Below are positions 33,837 to 40,897 of a stretch of DNA of 41,549 nt, piece after piece. The notes below the pieces were generated by a model, which made no database searches, was not told where the DNA came from, and saw only the letters and a program-made list of their open reading frames with translations. Origin of the DNA: an uncultured Gammaproteobacteria bacterium (lineage in GTDB: Bacteria; Patescibacteriota; Microgenomatia; CAZETR01; Amesbacteraceae). Within the stretch, counting starts at the first letter, position 1, and every line of letters begins with the position of its first letter. Position numbers and translations under genes: made by a program. The stretch lies in contig CAYITQ010000002.1 in assembly GCA_964366335.1 (NCBI GenBank), forward strand, positions 1-41,549. Direction: 5' to 3'.

Positions 33837-34658
33837 TTATACTACTAAATTTTTCAGATAGTCAATATCCTTTTTGCGGGGTCCTTCTCCATCCCCCGGA
33901 ACTTCCATAATAATGGGGATATTAACCAGTCTTTTGTCATTTACAAAATCTTTCAAAGCGTCTTTGCCTATTTTGCCTTTGCCTAAATTTTCATGCCTGT
34001 CCACATGGGATCCAAAATCAGTCTTGGAATCATTGAAATGAATGGCACTCAGATATTTGATACCCACTTCCCGGCTAAATAAATCTAAGGCCTTATTGAG
34101 CGGAATTCCGGCAGCAAAAGTATGCTGAGTATCCAGGCAAATACCGATTTTTGGCTTATCCCCTATCCGGTCAATAATTTCCCGTAATTCATAAAAAGAA
34201 ACTCCTATGGTTCCACCTTGTCCGGCTGTGTTTTCAAAAATCAATTTAGTCCCCCTGGGACTACTATCCAAAATATAATTAATTGCGGTGACGACCTGAG
34301 TAATCTTTGATGCAAAGCCCGCTCCTTTGTGACTGCCAATATGAAATATTGTCCCGACAGCCTCAATTTCACGGGCCAATTGCTGATAAAAAATCAGTGA
34401 ATCAATACTAGCCTGGACATATTCCGGATCTTCTGAGGCCAGATTGACCAAGTAGACTCCATGAAAAAAGTGAGGACCAATATTTTTTTTCCTTTTGCTT
34501 TGTCTATATTTTTCCAATATCTCTGGCTTAAAAGGAGAAGTCCGCAGAGACCTGGGGGAACTGGCGAAGGTCATGAGGGTATTTCCGCCCATGTCAGCAA
34601 TTCTATCGATACATTTATCAAATCCTCCGGCTATGCTAACATGCGCTCCTAAATACAT
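33837..34658 (-). CDS. nfo: endonuclease IV
   Basis: MYLGAHVSIAGG, HIGSH, ENTAGQG, CLDTQH and HFNDSK fit endonuclease IV. I started it at ATG 34658; a TATAAT box (34665-34670, minus strand) lies 6 nt upstream. The track's longer N-terminus runs antisense through tRNA-Val. Confidence 0.9.
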   Translation of the reverse strand: MYLGAHVSIAGGFDKCIDRIADMGGNTLMTFASSPRSLRTSPFKPEILEKYRQSKRKKNIGPHFFHGVYLVNLASEDPEYVQASIDSLIFYQQLAREIEAVGTIFHIGSHKGAGFASKITQVVTAINYILDSSPRGTKLIFENTAGQGGTIGVSFYELREIIDRIGDKPKIGICLDTQHTFAAGIPLNKALDLFSREVGIKYLSAIHFNDSKTDFGSHVDRHENLGKGKIGKDALKDFVNDKRLVNIPIIMEVPGDGEGPRKKDIDYLKNLVV

Positions 34659-34682
34659 ATATGTATTATACTCTAAAATTGT

Positions 34683-34688
34683 TATAAT
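34683..34688 (+). promoter_or_regulatory. -10 box for tRNA-Val
   Basis: TATAAT lies 11 nt before the tRNA 5' end and is back-to-back with the nfo -10 box. Confidence 0.45.
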
Positions 34689-34699
34689 TATCAAACGAT

Positions 34700-34771
34700 G
34701 GGCATTTAGTTCAGGAGTAGAACGCCTCATTGACATTGAGGAGGTCGGGGGTGCGAAGCCTCCAGTGCCCA
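34700..34771 (+). tRNA. tRNA-Val (anticodon GAC), no encoded CCA
   Basis: Hand-folded cloverleaf: acceptor GGGCATT/AGTGCCC, D stem GTTC/GAAC, anticodon stem CCTCA/TGAGG with loop TTGACAT, T stem GGGGG/CCTCC with loop TGCGAAG. Confidence 0.88.
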
Positions 34772-34779
34772 CAGAAATC

Positions 34780-35757
34780 TTAAACCTCACGGATAACCTC
34801 AAATCCTTTGAGGCTACCAACTACAGCAAAGCTATAGACTTTTTCCGCAATTCCCATTTGTTTAATTTTTTTGGCTGTTTCATTGAGTGTGGCTGCAGAA
34901 CCCACGGCATCATCAATTAATAAAACATGATTGAATTTAGTATCAATTTTATGGACAAAAATTGTTTCTCTGGCATTTCTTATTCGTTCTTCCAGTTTTC
35001 CCAAGGTCTTTTGAGCTACCCGGATTTTTCCAGGGTAAGCTTTGGACATTTCAATTTTAGGTAAAGATAAATTTAACCTTTTGGAAAATTCTTTTAGAAA
35101 TTGGACTTTACGTAATATACTATGAGGCAAATAACCCACAGCGTCAATTTTCAATAAATCGATGAGTTTATGAATGATTTCCCGGGATTCATCCGCTGTT
35201 TGCCAGATTAGTTCACGGTTTTCTGATTGCTTGGCATACAACATCATAGACCCGAGTCTGGTTTTACCAAAAGTCGGAAGACTATAAAAATCCAAATAAT
35301 AAACACCGTCCAAAAACATCTCAGACTCATAAGTTTTGGATATATTTTTGGTAGCATCGATGAAACCCGCGGAGGAAAAAAGTGAATTTACATTTTCCCG
35401 GTCTATGGTATATCTGGAAAGGAGACTGATTTCCTGATCAGATTTACTGACATTTTTTAACCAAGTCCGAAATCCGGAAATCCCGGTTGAAAATACCCCG
35501 GTGGGATCAACATAGGCAAAGTATTTATCCAAAAGCTCATTAATTTCCTGGACCTGGTCAGGAGATTTTATGGCTAAAGTATAAAAGACTTTTGGAGAGG
35601 TTCCGGATTTGGTCAGTTTCCCCGATTCAATTAGGGATTTAAGTTGTCTGTGCAGGGCGACATTACCTATTTCCAAGTGTCCGGCCAGATCCTTCACCCT
35701 GGCCTGACCGTTAGTCCGAATATATCCAAGAATTCTGATCTTTGTATCTGAAATCAT
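34780..35757 (-). CDS. winged-HTH fused to a phosphoribosyltransferase-type domain (PurR-like or ComF-like)
   Basis: The N-terminus RILGYIRTNGQARVKDLAGHLEIGNVALHRQLKSL looks like a wHTH. The C-terminus has a PRPP-binding loop (HVLLIDDAVGSAATL). Confidence 0.6.
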   Translation of the reverse strand: MISDTKIRILGYIRTNGQARVKDLAGHLEIGNVALHRQLKSLIESGKLTKSGTSPKVFYTLAIKSPDQVQEINELLDKYFAYVDPTGVFSTGISGFRTWLKNVSKSDQEISLLSRYTIDRENVNSLFSSAGFIDATKNISKTYESEMFLDGVYYLDFYSLPTFGKTRLGSMMLYAKQSENRELIWQTADESREIIHKLIDLLKIDAVGYLPHSILRKVQFLKEFSKRLNLSLPKIEMSKAYPGKIRVAQKTLGKLEERIRNARETIFVHKIDTKFNHVLLIDDAVGSAATLNETAKKIKQMGIAEKVYSFAVVGSLKGFEVIREV

Positions 35758-35789
35758 AGTACATAGTATACTATGTATAGTGTACTATG
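35755..35789. promoter_or_regulatory. palindromic operator-like site overlapping the promoter and start of the HTH-PRT gene
   Basis: A perfect 16-bp palindrome ACATAGTATACTATGT (35761-35776) is nested between the inverted 8-mers CATAGTAC (35755-35762) and GTACTATG (35782-35789). Confidence 0.5.
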
Positions 35790-35794
35790 TCAAT

Positions 35795-36397
35795 TTATCC
35801 CGTGGTTGTGACCATATAGCGCTCGGAAGAGAGCATGAATTTGGTACCTGATTTTTGGGCTTGGTTCCAGTAAAAACCTTTTCTTTTGCCAGCTCTGGCA
35901 TTACTTTGTGCCAACCAATTTCTGGACTCAGTCACCTTCATTCTCAGGTTTTTGATCAGGGACTTTAAGGTCTCAAAGAAATTGCGGTGATACACTCCAG
36001 GATTGACAACCGATTGCATGGTAGCAAGCTGTACTTCTTTGCCAAGGTCACCCACTGATCGGGCCATCATCTTTATCTCGTCTTGTATGGCGACAATTTG
36101 TTGTTTAACCTGGGCTTCAGCCTGAATAAAGATGGTCCGCTCTTGGGTAAGACGGTTTTCAAATCGCCTTTCCGCCTTCTTCTCACCTTGTTTTTCAGCC
36201 TGTTCCATATCTGTCAGAGAAAATTGCTGACCGGCCTTGAGGTCTCCGCTACCCTTGAGGCCAAACATCTGGGGAATATCCTCAGTGACAGCCTTTTGGA
36301 TCTGTATCTTGGCTTCTGAGGCAGTATCCTGGGAAAGCCCGCGTAAAGCCTCCAGGAAGCTATCTGGTGACCTATAGGACTTCTTAGTAGTTTGCAT
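35795..36397 (-). CDS. hypothetical coiled-coil protein
   Basis: A 200-aa ORF rich in Q/E/K heptad-like sequence. I could not assign a family confidently. Confidence 0.45.
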   Translation of the reverse strand: MQTTKKSYRSPDSFLEALRGLSQDTASEAKIQIQKAVTEDIPQMFGLKGSGDLKAGQQFSLTDMEQAEKQGEKKAERRFENRLTQERTIFIQAEAQVKQQIVAIQDEIKMMARSVGDLGKEVQLATMQSVVNPGVYHRNFFETLKSLIKNLRMKVTESRNWLAQSNARAGKRKGFYWNQAQKSGTKFMLSSERYMVTTTG

Positions 36398-36405
36398 GCC
36401 TCGTA

Positions 36406-37056
36406 TTATACCAGACCCATCAGGAAATCAAGAGTATTTTTACGGTCTTTGAGTTTGTTGTCCACCCGGACAGATTCCAAAATAAACTCCATTTTTAAAT
36501 CATGCCGTGCTTGAGAAATAGCGTCAGCCTTGAGCGTTTCGGGAGTCATTTTCTTTGAGGCCAAATATTGTTCAGTAGTTAATCCTAGTTTGGTAAAGTT
36601 TTCAACCAGAGCCGTCAGGCGGTGATGGGCTTCTTCTTCAGCTAATATGTCAGGTATTACCACATTTATTTGGCTATCTAACCACACAAAACGCTTATCC
36701 TTGTCTTGCATAGTTAATTGTTTTATATAATCTGCAGGAAGCTTTATTTCAGGAGCTTCGCAAGTGACGATTGAAAATTCCCAATCTTCGTTCAATCCTG
36801 ATTTTTCTAATTTAATTCTAGGCTGTAATATAGGTTTTAAAGACAATTTTTTAATTTGCCCGGCATAAATTCCGGGAAGAAGTTTTTCCACAGCCTTGCT
36901 ATAAACTTCATTTTTATTTAGACGGTCTTCGACATCTTTCCGTGGAGCCTTGCCTTTGCGGAATCCGGGTATTTCAGCTTCTTTGATTGCATGCTCTACC
37001 AGGTGCTCATACTCAATTTTAATTTTTGCCCAAGGCACAACCAGATTAAATTCCAT
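36406..37056 (-). CDS. truncated trigger-factor-like chaperone (no PPIase domain)
   Basis: Contains the ribosome-binding signature PGFRKGKAP. At 216 aa it is much shorter than a full-length trigger factor of about 430 aa. Confidence 0.62.
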   Translation of the reverse strand: MEFNLVVPWAKIKIEYEHLVEHAIKEAEIPGFRKGKAPRKDVEDRLNKNEVYSKAVEKLLPGIYAGQIKKLSLKPILQPRIKLEKSGLNEDWEFSIVTCEAPEIKLPADYIKQLTMQDKDKRFVWLDSQINVVIPDILAEEEAHHRLTALVENFTKLGLTTEQYLASKKMTPETLKADAISQARHDLKMEFILESVRVDNKLKDRKNTLDFLMGLV

Positions 37057-37673
37057 TACTTGCTCAGGACCGTGGTATCTAAAAAGAGGTCGCCAATGGC
37101 CAATTTGTTGACCACATCCATGCCGGCTATGACTTTGCCAAAATAGGTATATTCATTATTTAGAAAGAGTGAATCTTTCTTGGTAATAAAGAATTGAGAA
37201 TCATTGCTGAATTCTTTGGGAAAAGCTTTGCGGGCCACTCCCACACTACCCACCACAAAGGGCTCAACTGATGTTTCTGTGGGTAAATTGGAATTTCCAC
37301 CCGTCCCATTTCCCACCGGGTCACAGCCCTGAACAACCCAATCTTCTACCCGGTGCCAAGTCAGATTATTGCAATAGCCGCTATTAAATTTGGCCAAAAA
37401 GTTAGCCACCGTCTTGGGTGCCAAATCGGGCCTAAGTTCCAAAATTATTTCCCCTTTTGAGGTATTTATTTTAACTTGGGGTTTAAAATTTGTGTCTATC
37501 ATATTTGCAGCCGATGTCGCCGTAGTATTTGTATTTTGATTGATTGTACCATCCGGCAAATTCTTGTTGCCAAATTTTTTGACAACGAACACGGTACCTA
37601 TCACCAATAATATTACCACAATTATTCCGGAAATTAGATACCTATTCTGATCTGTCATACCCGTATCATACAC
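37056..37673 (-). CDS. membrane-anchored cyclophilin-type peptidyl-prolyl isomerase
   Basis: It has an N-terminal TM helix, then GEIILELRPDLAPKTVANF, WHRV..VVQGCDP.GNGTGG and SQFFI. Confidence 0.85.
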   Translation of the reverse strand: MYDTGMTDQNRYLISGIIVVILLVIGTVFVVKKFGNKNLPDGTINQNTNTTATSAANMIDTNFKPQVKINTSKGEIILELRPDLAPKTVANFLAKFNSGYCNNLTWHRVEDWVVQGCDPVGNGTGGNSNLPTETSVEPFVVGSVGVARKAFPKEFSNDSQFFITKKDSLFLNNEYTYFGKVIAGMDVVNKLAIGDLFLDTTVLSK

Positions 37674-37678
37674 GATTT

Positions 37679-37957
37679 CTACTCCAAAGGCAACAAAATA
37701 TTTTTATCAAATACCGGCATGATCAAAGATTGATCTTCAACCACAAATTCACTTATTTGCTTATTCAGTTCATTTAACGGATATTTGGGTAGTGGAGATG
37801 GTATAGGCGAAGGGGAAAAAATCCCCTTGCCTTCGGGACTTATAATAGATGCTGATTTAAAAACTGGAAGCCTAAACACAAACCAACCCAAGACCAAAAT
37901 AAATATTCCGGCCGGAATTGCCATCCAGACAGAACTAAGGCCGTGGGGTAACTTCAT
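37679..37957 (-). CDS. small membrane protein, hypothetical
   Basis: It has one TM helix (AIPAGIFILVLGWFVF) and lies in an operon with its neighbours. Confidence 0.4.
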   Translation of the reverse strand: MKLPHGLSSVWMAIPAGIFILVLGWFVFRLPVFKSASIISPEGKGIFSPSPIPSPLPKYPLNELNKQISEFVVEDQSLIMPVFDKNILLPLE

Positions 37958-38564
37958 ATATCAGTTGGGACGCACTAGTCAGTGCATCCTGGCTTTCTCG
38001 TAAATAACTAAAAAGGCTATCAATTCCCCAATAATTTTCTTGCCAATTGACGAGTTTACTCTCTGCCTCCAGGCGTTTACTTTTGGCCAACTGCAATTTT
38101 TGCTCATAGAGCTTGGAGTTGGTTTTATTAACCACCTCGGGAAAACTAAAAGTTTGTAATTGGTTTTGTAATAAGTCCAATCTTCCACTGGAAATCAAAA
38201 CACGCGCCGCGTTACTAAGCTTGGTAATTTTTTCAAGCTTGTTTTCCCAATTTTTGGATATTTTATTGATATCCGGGACGGTGTCCGCCGCTTTCACATC
38301 TTTTTCCCATGATTCCAGTTCAATCACAATCTGATTAATATCCGGTGTCAGGACACTATTTATACTTTGCAAATATTCGATAATTAATCTGTTTCTTTGA
38401 ATTAAGACGGTTTGAGTCTTGGCTATGGCTTCTTGGCGGGTGGCGCCAGTGTTGTATTGGCTAAACTGGTTTTTAGCCAAAATATATTGGTCATACGCCC
38501 CCTTATAATTTCCAAATGTAGCTAGAGTGAGAAGAAGTATTGATAACATAGTCTTGACAATCAT
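37935..38564 (-). CDS. hypothetical secreted or anchored protein
   Basis: It has an N-terminal signal/anchor (MLSILLLTLATFG) followed by helical repeats. Confidence 0.45.
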   Translation of the reverse strand: MIVKTMLSILLLTLATFGNYKGAYDQYILAKNQFSQYNTGATRQEAIAKTQTVLIQRNRLIIEYLQSINSVLTPDINQIVIELESWEKDVKAADTVPDINKISKNWENKLEKITKLSNAARVLISSGRLDLLQNQLQTFSFPEVVNKTNSKLYEQKLQLAKSKRLEAESKLVNWQENYWGIDSLFSYLRESQDALTSASQLIYEVTPRP

Positions 38565-38569
38565 TATAC

Positions 38570-38836
38570 ATGTTGTTTAATAGATATATGGCATTAACTA
38601 CACAGGATCTAAAAAAAATAAAGGCAATTGTCGAAGAAGTCGTCGAATTGAAGCTGGAAGAAAAACTGGAAGAAAAGCTGGAAGAAAAACTAAACGATAA
38701 GCTTAGACTATTACCTACGCGAGATGAATTTTTAACTAAAATGGATGAAGTTATGGGAGAACTTAAAGATACACGCGAAGAACAAACAATACTACAAGAC
38801 ATTCATCCAAACAACATTCACTCTTTTGCTAATTAA
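38570..38836 (+). CDS. hypothetical coiled-coil protein with a 3x EEKL repeat
   Basis: An 88-aa ORF that contains a 3x12-bp tandem repeat (38654-38689). Confidence 0.4.
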   Translation: MLFNRYMALTTQDLKKIKAIVEEVVELKLEEKLEEKLEEKLNDKLRLLPTRDEFLTKMDEVMGELKDTREEQTILQDIHPNNIHSFAN

Positions 38837-38840
38837 TTTG

Positions 38841-38921
38841 TGCCCCCGAGAGGACTCGAACCTCTACAGGTTTCCCTATACGCTTCTAAAGCGTACGTGT
38901 ATACCATTTCACCACGGGGGC
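38841..38921 (-). tRNA. tRNA-Leu (anticodon TAG) with a long variable arm
   Basis: Minus-strand fold: acceptor GCCCCCG/CGGGGGC, anticodon stem TACGC/GCGTA with loop TTTAGAA, variable arm AGG-gaaa-CCT, T arm AGAGG-TTCGAGT-CCTCT. A TATAAT box lies 9 nt upstream (38931-38936). Confidence 0.92.
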
Positions 38922-38941
38922 AATAGCGAAATTATAGCATC

Positions 38942-38976
38942 AAAAAGCGCCGGCTCCTGCCCGATGCCGACGCTTT
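38942..38976 (-). terminator. intrinsic terminator after the methyltransferase gene
   Basis: The minus strand reads AAAGCGTCGGC-11 nt-GCCGGCGCTTT followed by TTTTT, immediately before the tRNA-Leu promoter. Confidence 0.6.
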
Positions 38977-39030
38977 AAAAATTTCGCAGTCTCAAAATTA
39001 ATCAAAACCACAAAACCTGTCTATACTATA

Positions 39031-39756
39031 CTACAGGCTTTCCTTTTTTGCAAGTATGAATATACTGGGGCCAAAATAGAGCTTTCCCAAAAGCTGTTGA
39101 AGTATCTTTTCAAGCCTCAATGATTTTATGGCTAAACCCCGGAAATTTGAGACAGACAATATTTTTTGAATAGAAAAACCGTTTCTGATGAGAGTCTTTT
39201 GAAAAGTTATGGGATGATGATTAACAAAAGGGATACTCCCCTGCCTGATATTTGCCATCCGTCTCCGGTCTAAGGGAACCGGAAGAATAGGCTTTCCGGT
39301 AAGCCAGCTAATGATTCTGGATTTAAGATTTAGAGAACTGGCAAATTCAATAATAGCTACTCCGTCGGGCTTTAAAATCCGGTGGACTTCGGCAAGTGTA
39401 GAATTAAGGTCCGGAAGATGATGCATGACCCGGACCAATACAGCCAGGTCAACCGATGAATCTTCAAGCTTGGTTTTGTCAGACAAACCCGCCAAAACTT
39501 TAATCTTTGTGTCCTTCAACAGTTTTTTGGCCAGGGCCCGTTGTTTGGCAGATGGTTCTACTAAAACCGTTTTGCGGCAATATTTAGAAATCAATTGAGA
39601 TAACCGGCCAAATCCCCCGCCAATATCCACAGCATTATTAAAGTGCTGGCTGTCTAAAAGATTTTGTATTGCCAGGATTTCACATTGATGTTCGTAGTCA
39701 CGGTTTTTCCAATAATCCTGATATGAAAAATCAGGATCATCATAAAAATGTCCCAT
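39031..39756 (-). CDS. class I SAM-dependent methyltransferase
   Basis: Motif I is AVDIGGGFGRL, there is an acidic post-I residue, and LKPDGVAII is present. Confidence 0.75.
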   Translation of the reverse strand: MGHFYDDPDFSYQDYWKNRDYEHQCEILAIQNLLDSQHFNNAVDIGGGFGRLSQLISKYCRKTVLVEPSAKQRALAKKLLKDTKIKVLAGLSDKTKLEDSSVDLAVLVRVMHHLPDLNSTLAEVHRILKPDGVAIIEFASSLNLKSRIISWLTGKPILPVPLDRRRMANIRQGSIPFVNHHPITFQKTLIRNGFSIQKILSVSNFRGLAIKSLRLEKILQQLLGKLYFGPSIFILAKKESL

Positions 39757-39758
39757 AT

Positions 39759-40328
39759 TTATTGAATATCATCCAAAAATTGATTGACACCGCGGGCCCA
39801 AGATCCTTGGGAGGGCGGAGTATATTTAGCCATAATTTCTTCGGGAGTATTAAGGCCTTTATCCAGATAATTACGTTTGAGTCCCCTAGCCACGGTGTCC
39901 AAGCCGTCCGGATATGAATTAAATCTGGTCACCAGATCACCGTATATTCCATACCCCCAACAATTAAATGAATCTTTGGGAATTCTTTTACATAAGTTTG
40001 ATTCCTGTTGAGCAATGGCAACCAAAAGGCGCCAATCAAGGCCATATTTATCGGAAATAGTGACAACTTCTTCGGCATGGGGTAATAGGGGTGAGTTATA
40101 GCGTTTGAGATAATTTGTGACAATCAGACCCCGGCCATCTGCAATATCGAATTTGAAATCCCAAGACGGAAAATCAATAATTTTGGGAGAGAGGATTTGG
40201 GTAGTGGCAGACAAAACTTTTACCGGTTCAGCTACCGGAACCGGAATAGACCACAACAGCATGAAAGTAGCCAACATTGTCAAAGGCGTGGCAATTACAA
40301 ATCCGACTATCCACCATAATTTTTGCAT
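39759..40328 (-). CDS. membrane-anchored peptidoglycan hydrolase (lysozyme-fold; glucosaminidase/SLT-like)
   Basis: It has an N-terminal TM helix, and LLVAIAQQESNL...NCWGYG resembles the catalytic Glu region of muramidase/glucosaminidase domains. Confidence 0.5.
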   Translation of the reverse strand: MQKLWWIVGFVIATPLTMLATFMLLWSIPVPVAEPVKVLSATTQILSPKIIDFPSWDFKFDIADGRGLIVTNYLKRYNSPLLPHAEEVVTISDKYGLDWRLLVAIAQQESNLCKRIPKDSFNCWGYGIYGDLVTRFNSYPDGLDTVARGLKRNYLDKGLNTPEEIMAKYTPPSQGSWARGVNQFLDDIQ

Positions 40329-40488
40329 ACTCCTATTCTACCAAATTTTCGACATTTATTTCTTGTGAGCCATTGTACCAAATTGCTCGAACCTATTTTA
40401 CCAGTAATTTTTAGAAATTACTTTGCCGTGACAGAAAAAGGGGTCAAAGGGGAAAATGAATGTCACGGCAACTTTGCTTGACTGCGGG

Positions 40489-40601
40489 CTCAGCCCCGCT
40501 CCGCGGGGCTTCGCCAAACTGCCTGCCGTCTCCGTCTGCTCGTCCCTCGACTTCGCTCGGGACTCGCACTTCATCGGCTCACCCCGCTCCGCGGGGTTCG
40601 C
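40489..40601 (+). repeat. GC-rich island bounded by two direct copies of a hairpin repeat of about 25 nt
   Basis: CTCAGCCCCGCTCCGCGGGGCTTCGC (40489-40514) and CTCACCCCGCTCCGCGGGGTTCGC (40578-40601). Each folds as CCCCGC-tcc-GCGGGG. A tandem CCGTCT x2 lies between them. Confidence 0.8.
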
Positions 40602-40696
40602 TTACCCACTGAAATTTTCGCTATTTGGAAAAGGGGAATTATTTATAGTTTTGCGTGTACCAGCCAGTACACGCAAAATAAAAAAATACTTTTTTG

Positions 40697-40830
40697 TGGT
40701 GGCGACCCCAGACCGTTGCTATCTTCTCAATCAGCTCTAAGCTACTTTCAAACTTTATATTTTATTTACACCTTCATACTAGATTGGTTGTCCGTCAGAT
40801 ACCAGACGGTACCTGACGGAGTCGTCACCA
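40697..40830 (+). ncRNA. candidate structured cis-regulatory RNA upstream of the M23 peptidase gene
   Basis: A 10-bp closing helix forms between TGGTGGCGAC (40697-40706) and GTCGTCACCA (40821-40830); its one G-U pair would be a C-A mismatch on the minus strand. An internal 8-bp hairpin TCCGTCAG/CTGACGGA (40791-40820) has alternative GACGG pairings. Confidence 0.35.
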
Positions 40831-40846
40831 AAGAAGAAAAGTCCGG

Positions 40847-40877
40847 GGATGGCCAAAATGGGCGAAATTGGCCATCC
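40847..40877 (+). other. strong hairpin between the structured domain and the M23 start
   Basis: GGATGGCCAA-11 nt-TTGGCCATCC (10 bp) followed by TTCTGTTGT. It could be an expression platform or a weak terminator. Confidence 0.35.
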
Positions 40878-40897
40878 TTCTGTTGTATACTAGAATC

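Noticed and set aside
34659-34820. The long N-terminal extension of the nfo ORF in the track (MVASKDLRLS...).
   Set aside because: It runs antisense through the tRNA-Val gene and past a TATAAT box. The conserved endonuclease IV N-terminus (MYLGAHVSIAGG) starts at 34658.
40489-40601. Could the two GC-rich direct repeats be a minimal CRISPR array?
   Set aside because: There are only two imperfect copies, the unit spacing is irregular at about 64 nt, no cas genes are in the window, and the repeat resembles the local terminator-type hairpins.
40440-40713. GGGGTC (40440-40445) can pair with GACCCC (40704-40709), like a tmRNA or tRNA-like acceptor stem.
   Set aside because: There is no T-arm (GGTTCGA-type) before the 3' strand, no CCA or discriminator context, and no plausible tag reading frame.
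40842-40860. GAAGAAAAGTCCGGGGAT resembles the RNase P RNA CR-I/P4 motif (GAGGAAAGUCCGGGC).
   Set aside because: The M23 coding region starts 40 nt downstream, so there is no room for the remaining 300 nt or so of RNase P RNA. No CR-V partner (ACAGAAnCCGGCUUA) lies downstream. The ACAGAAAAAGGGG at 40431 is in the wrong order.
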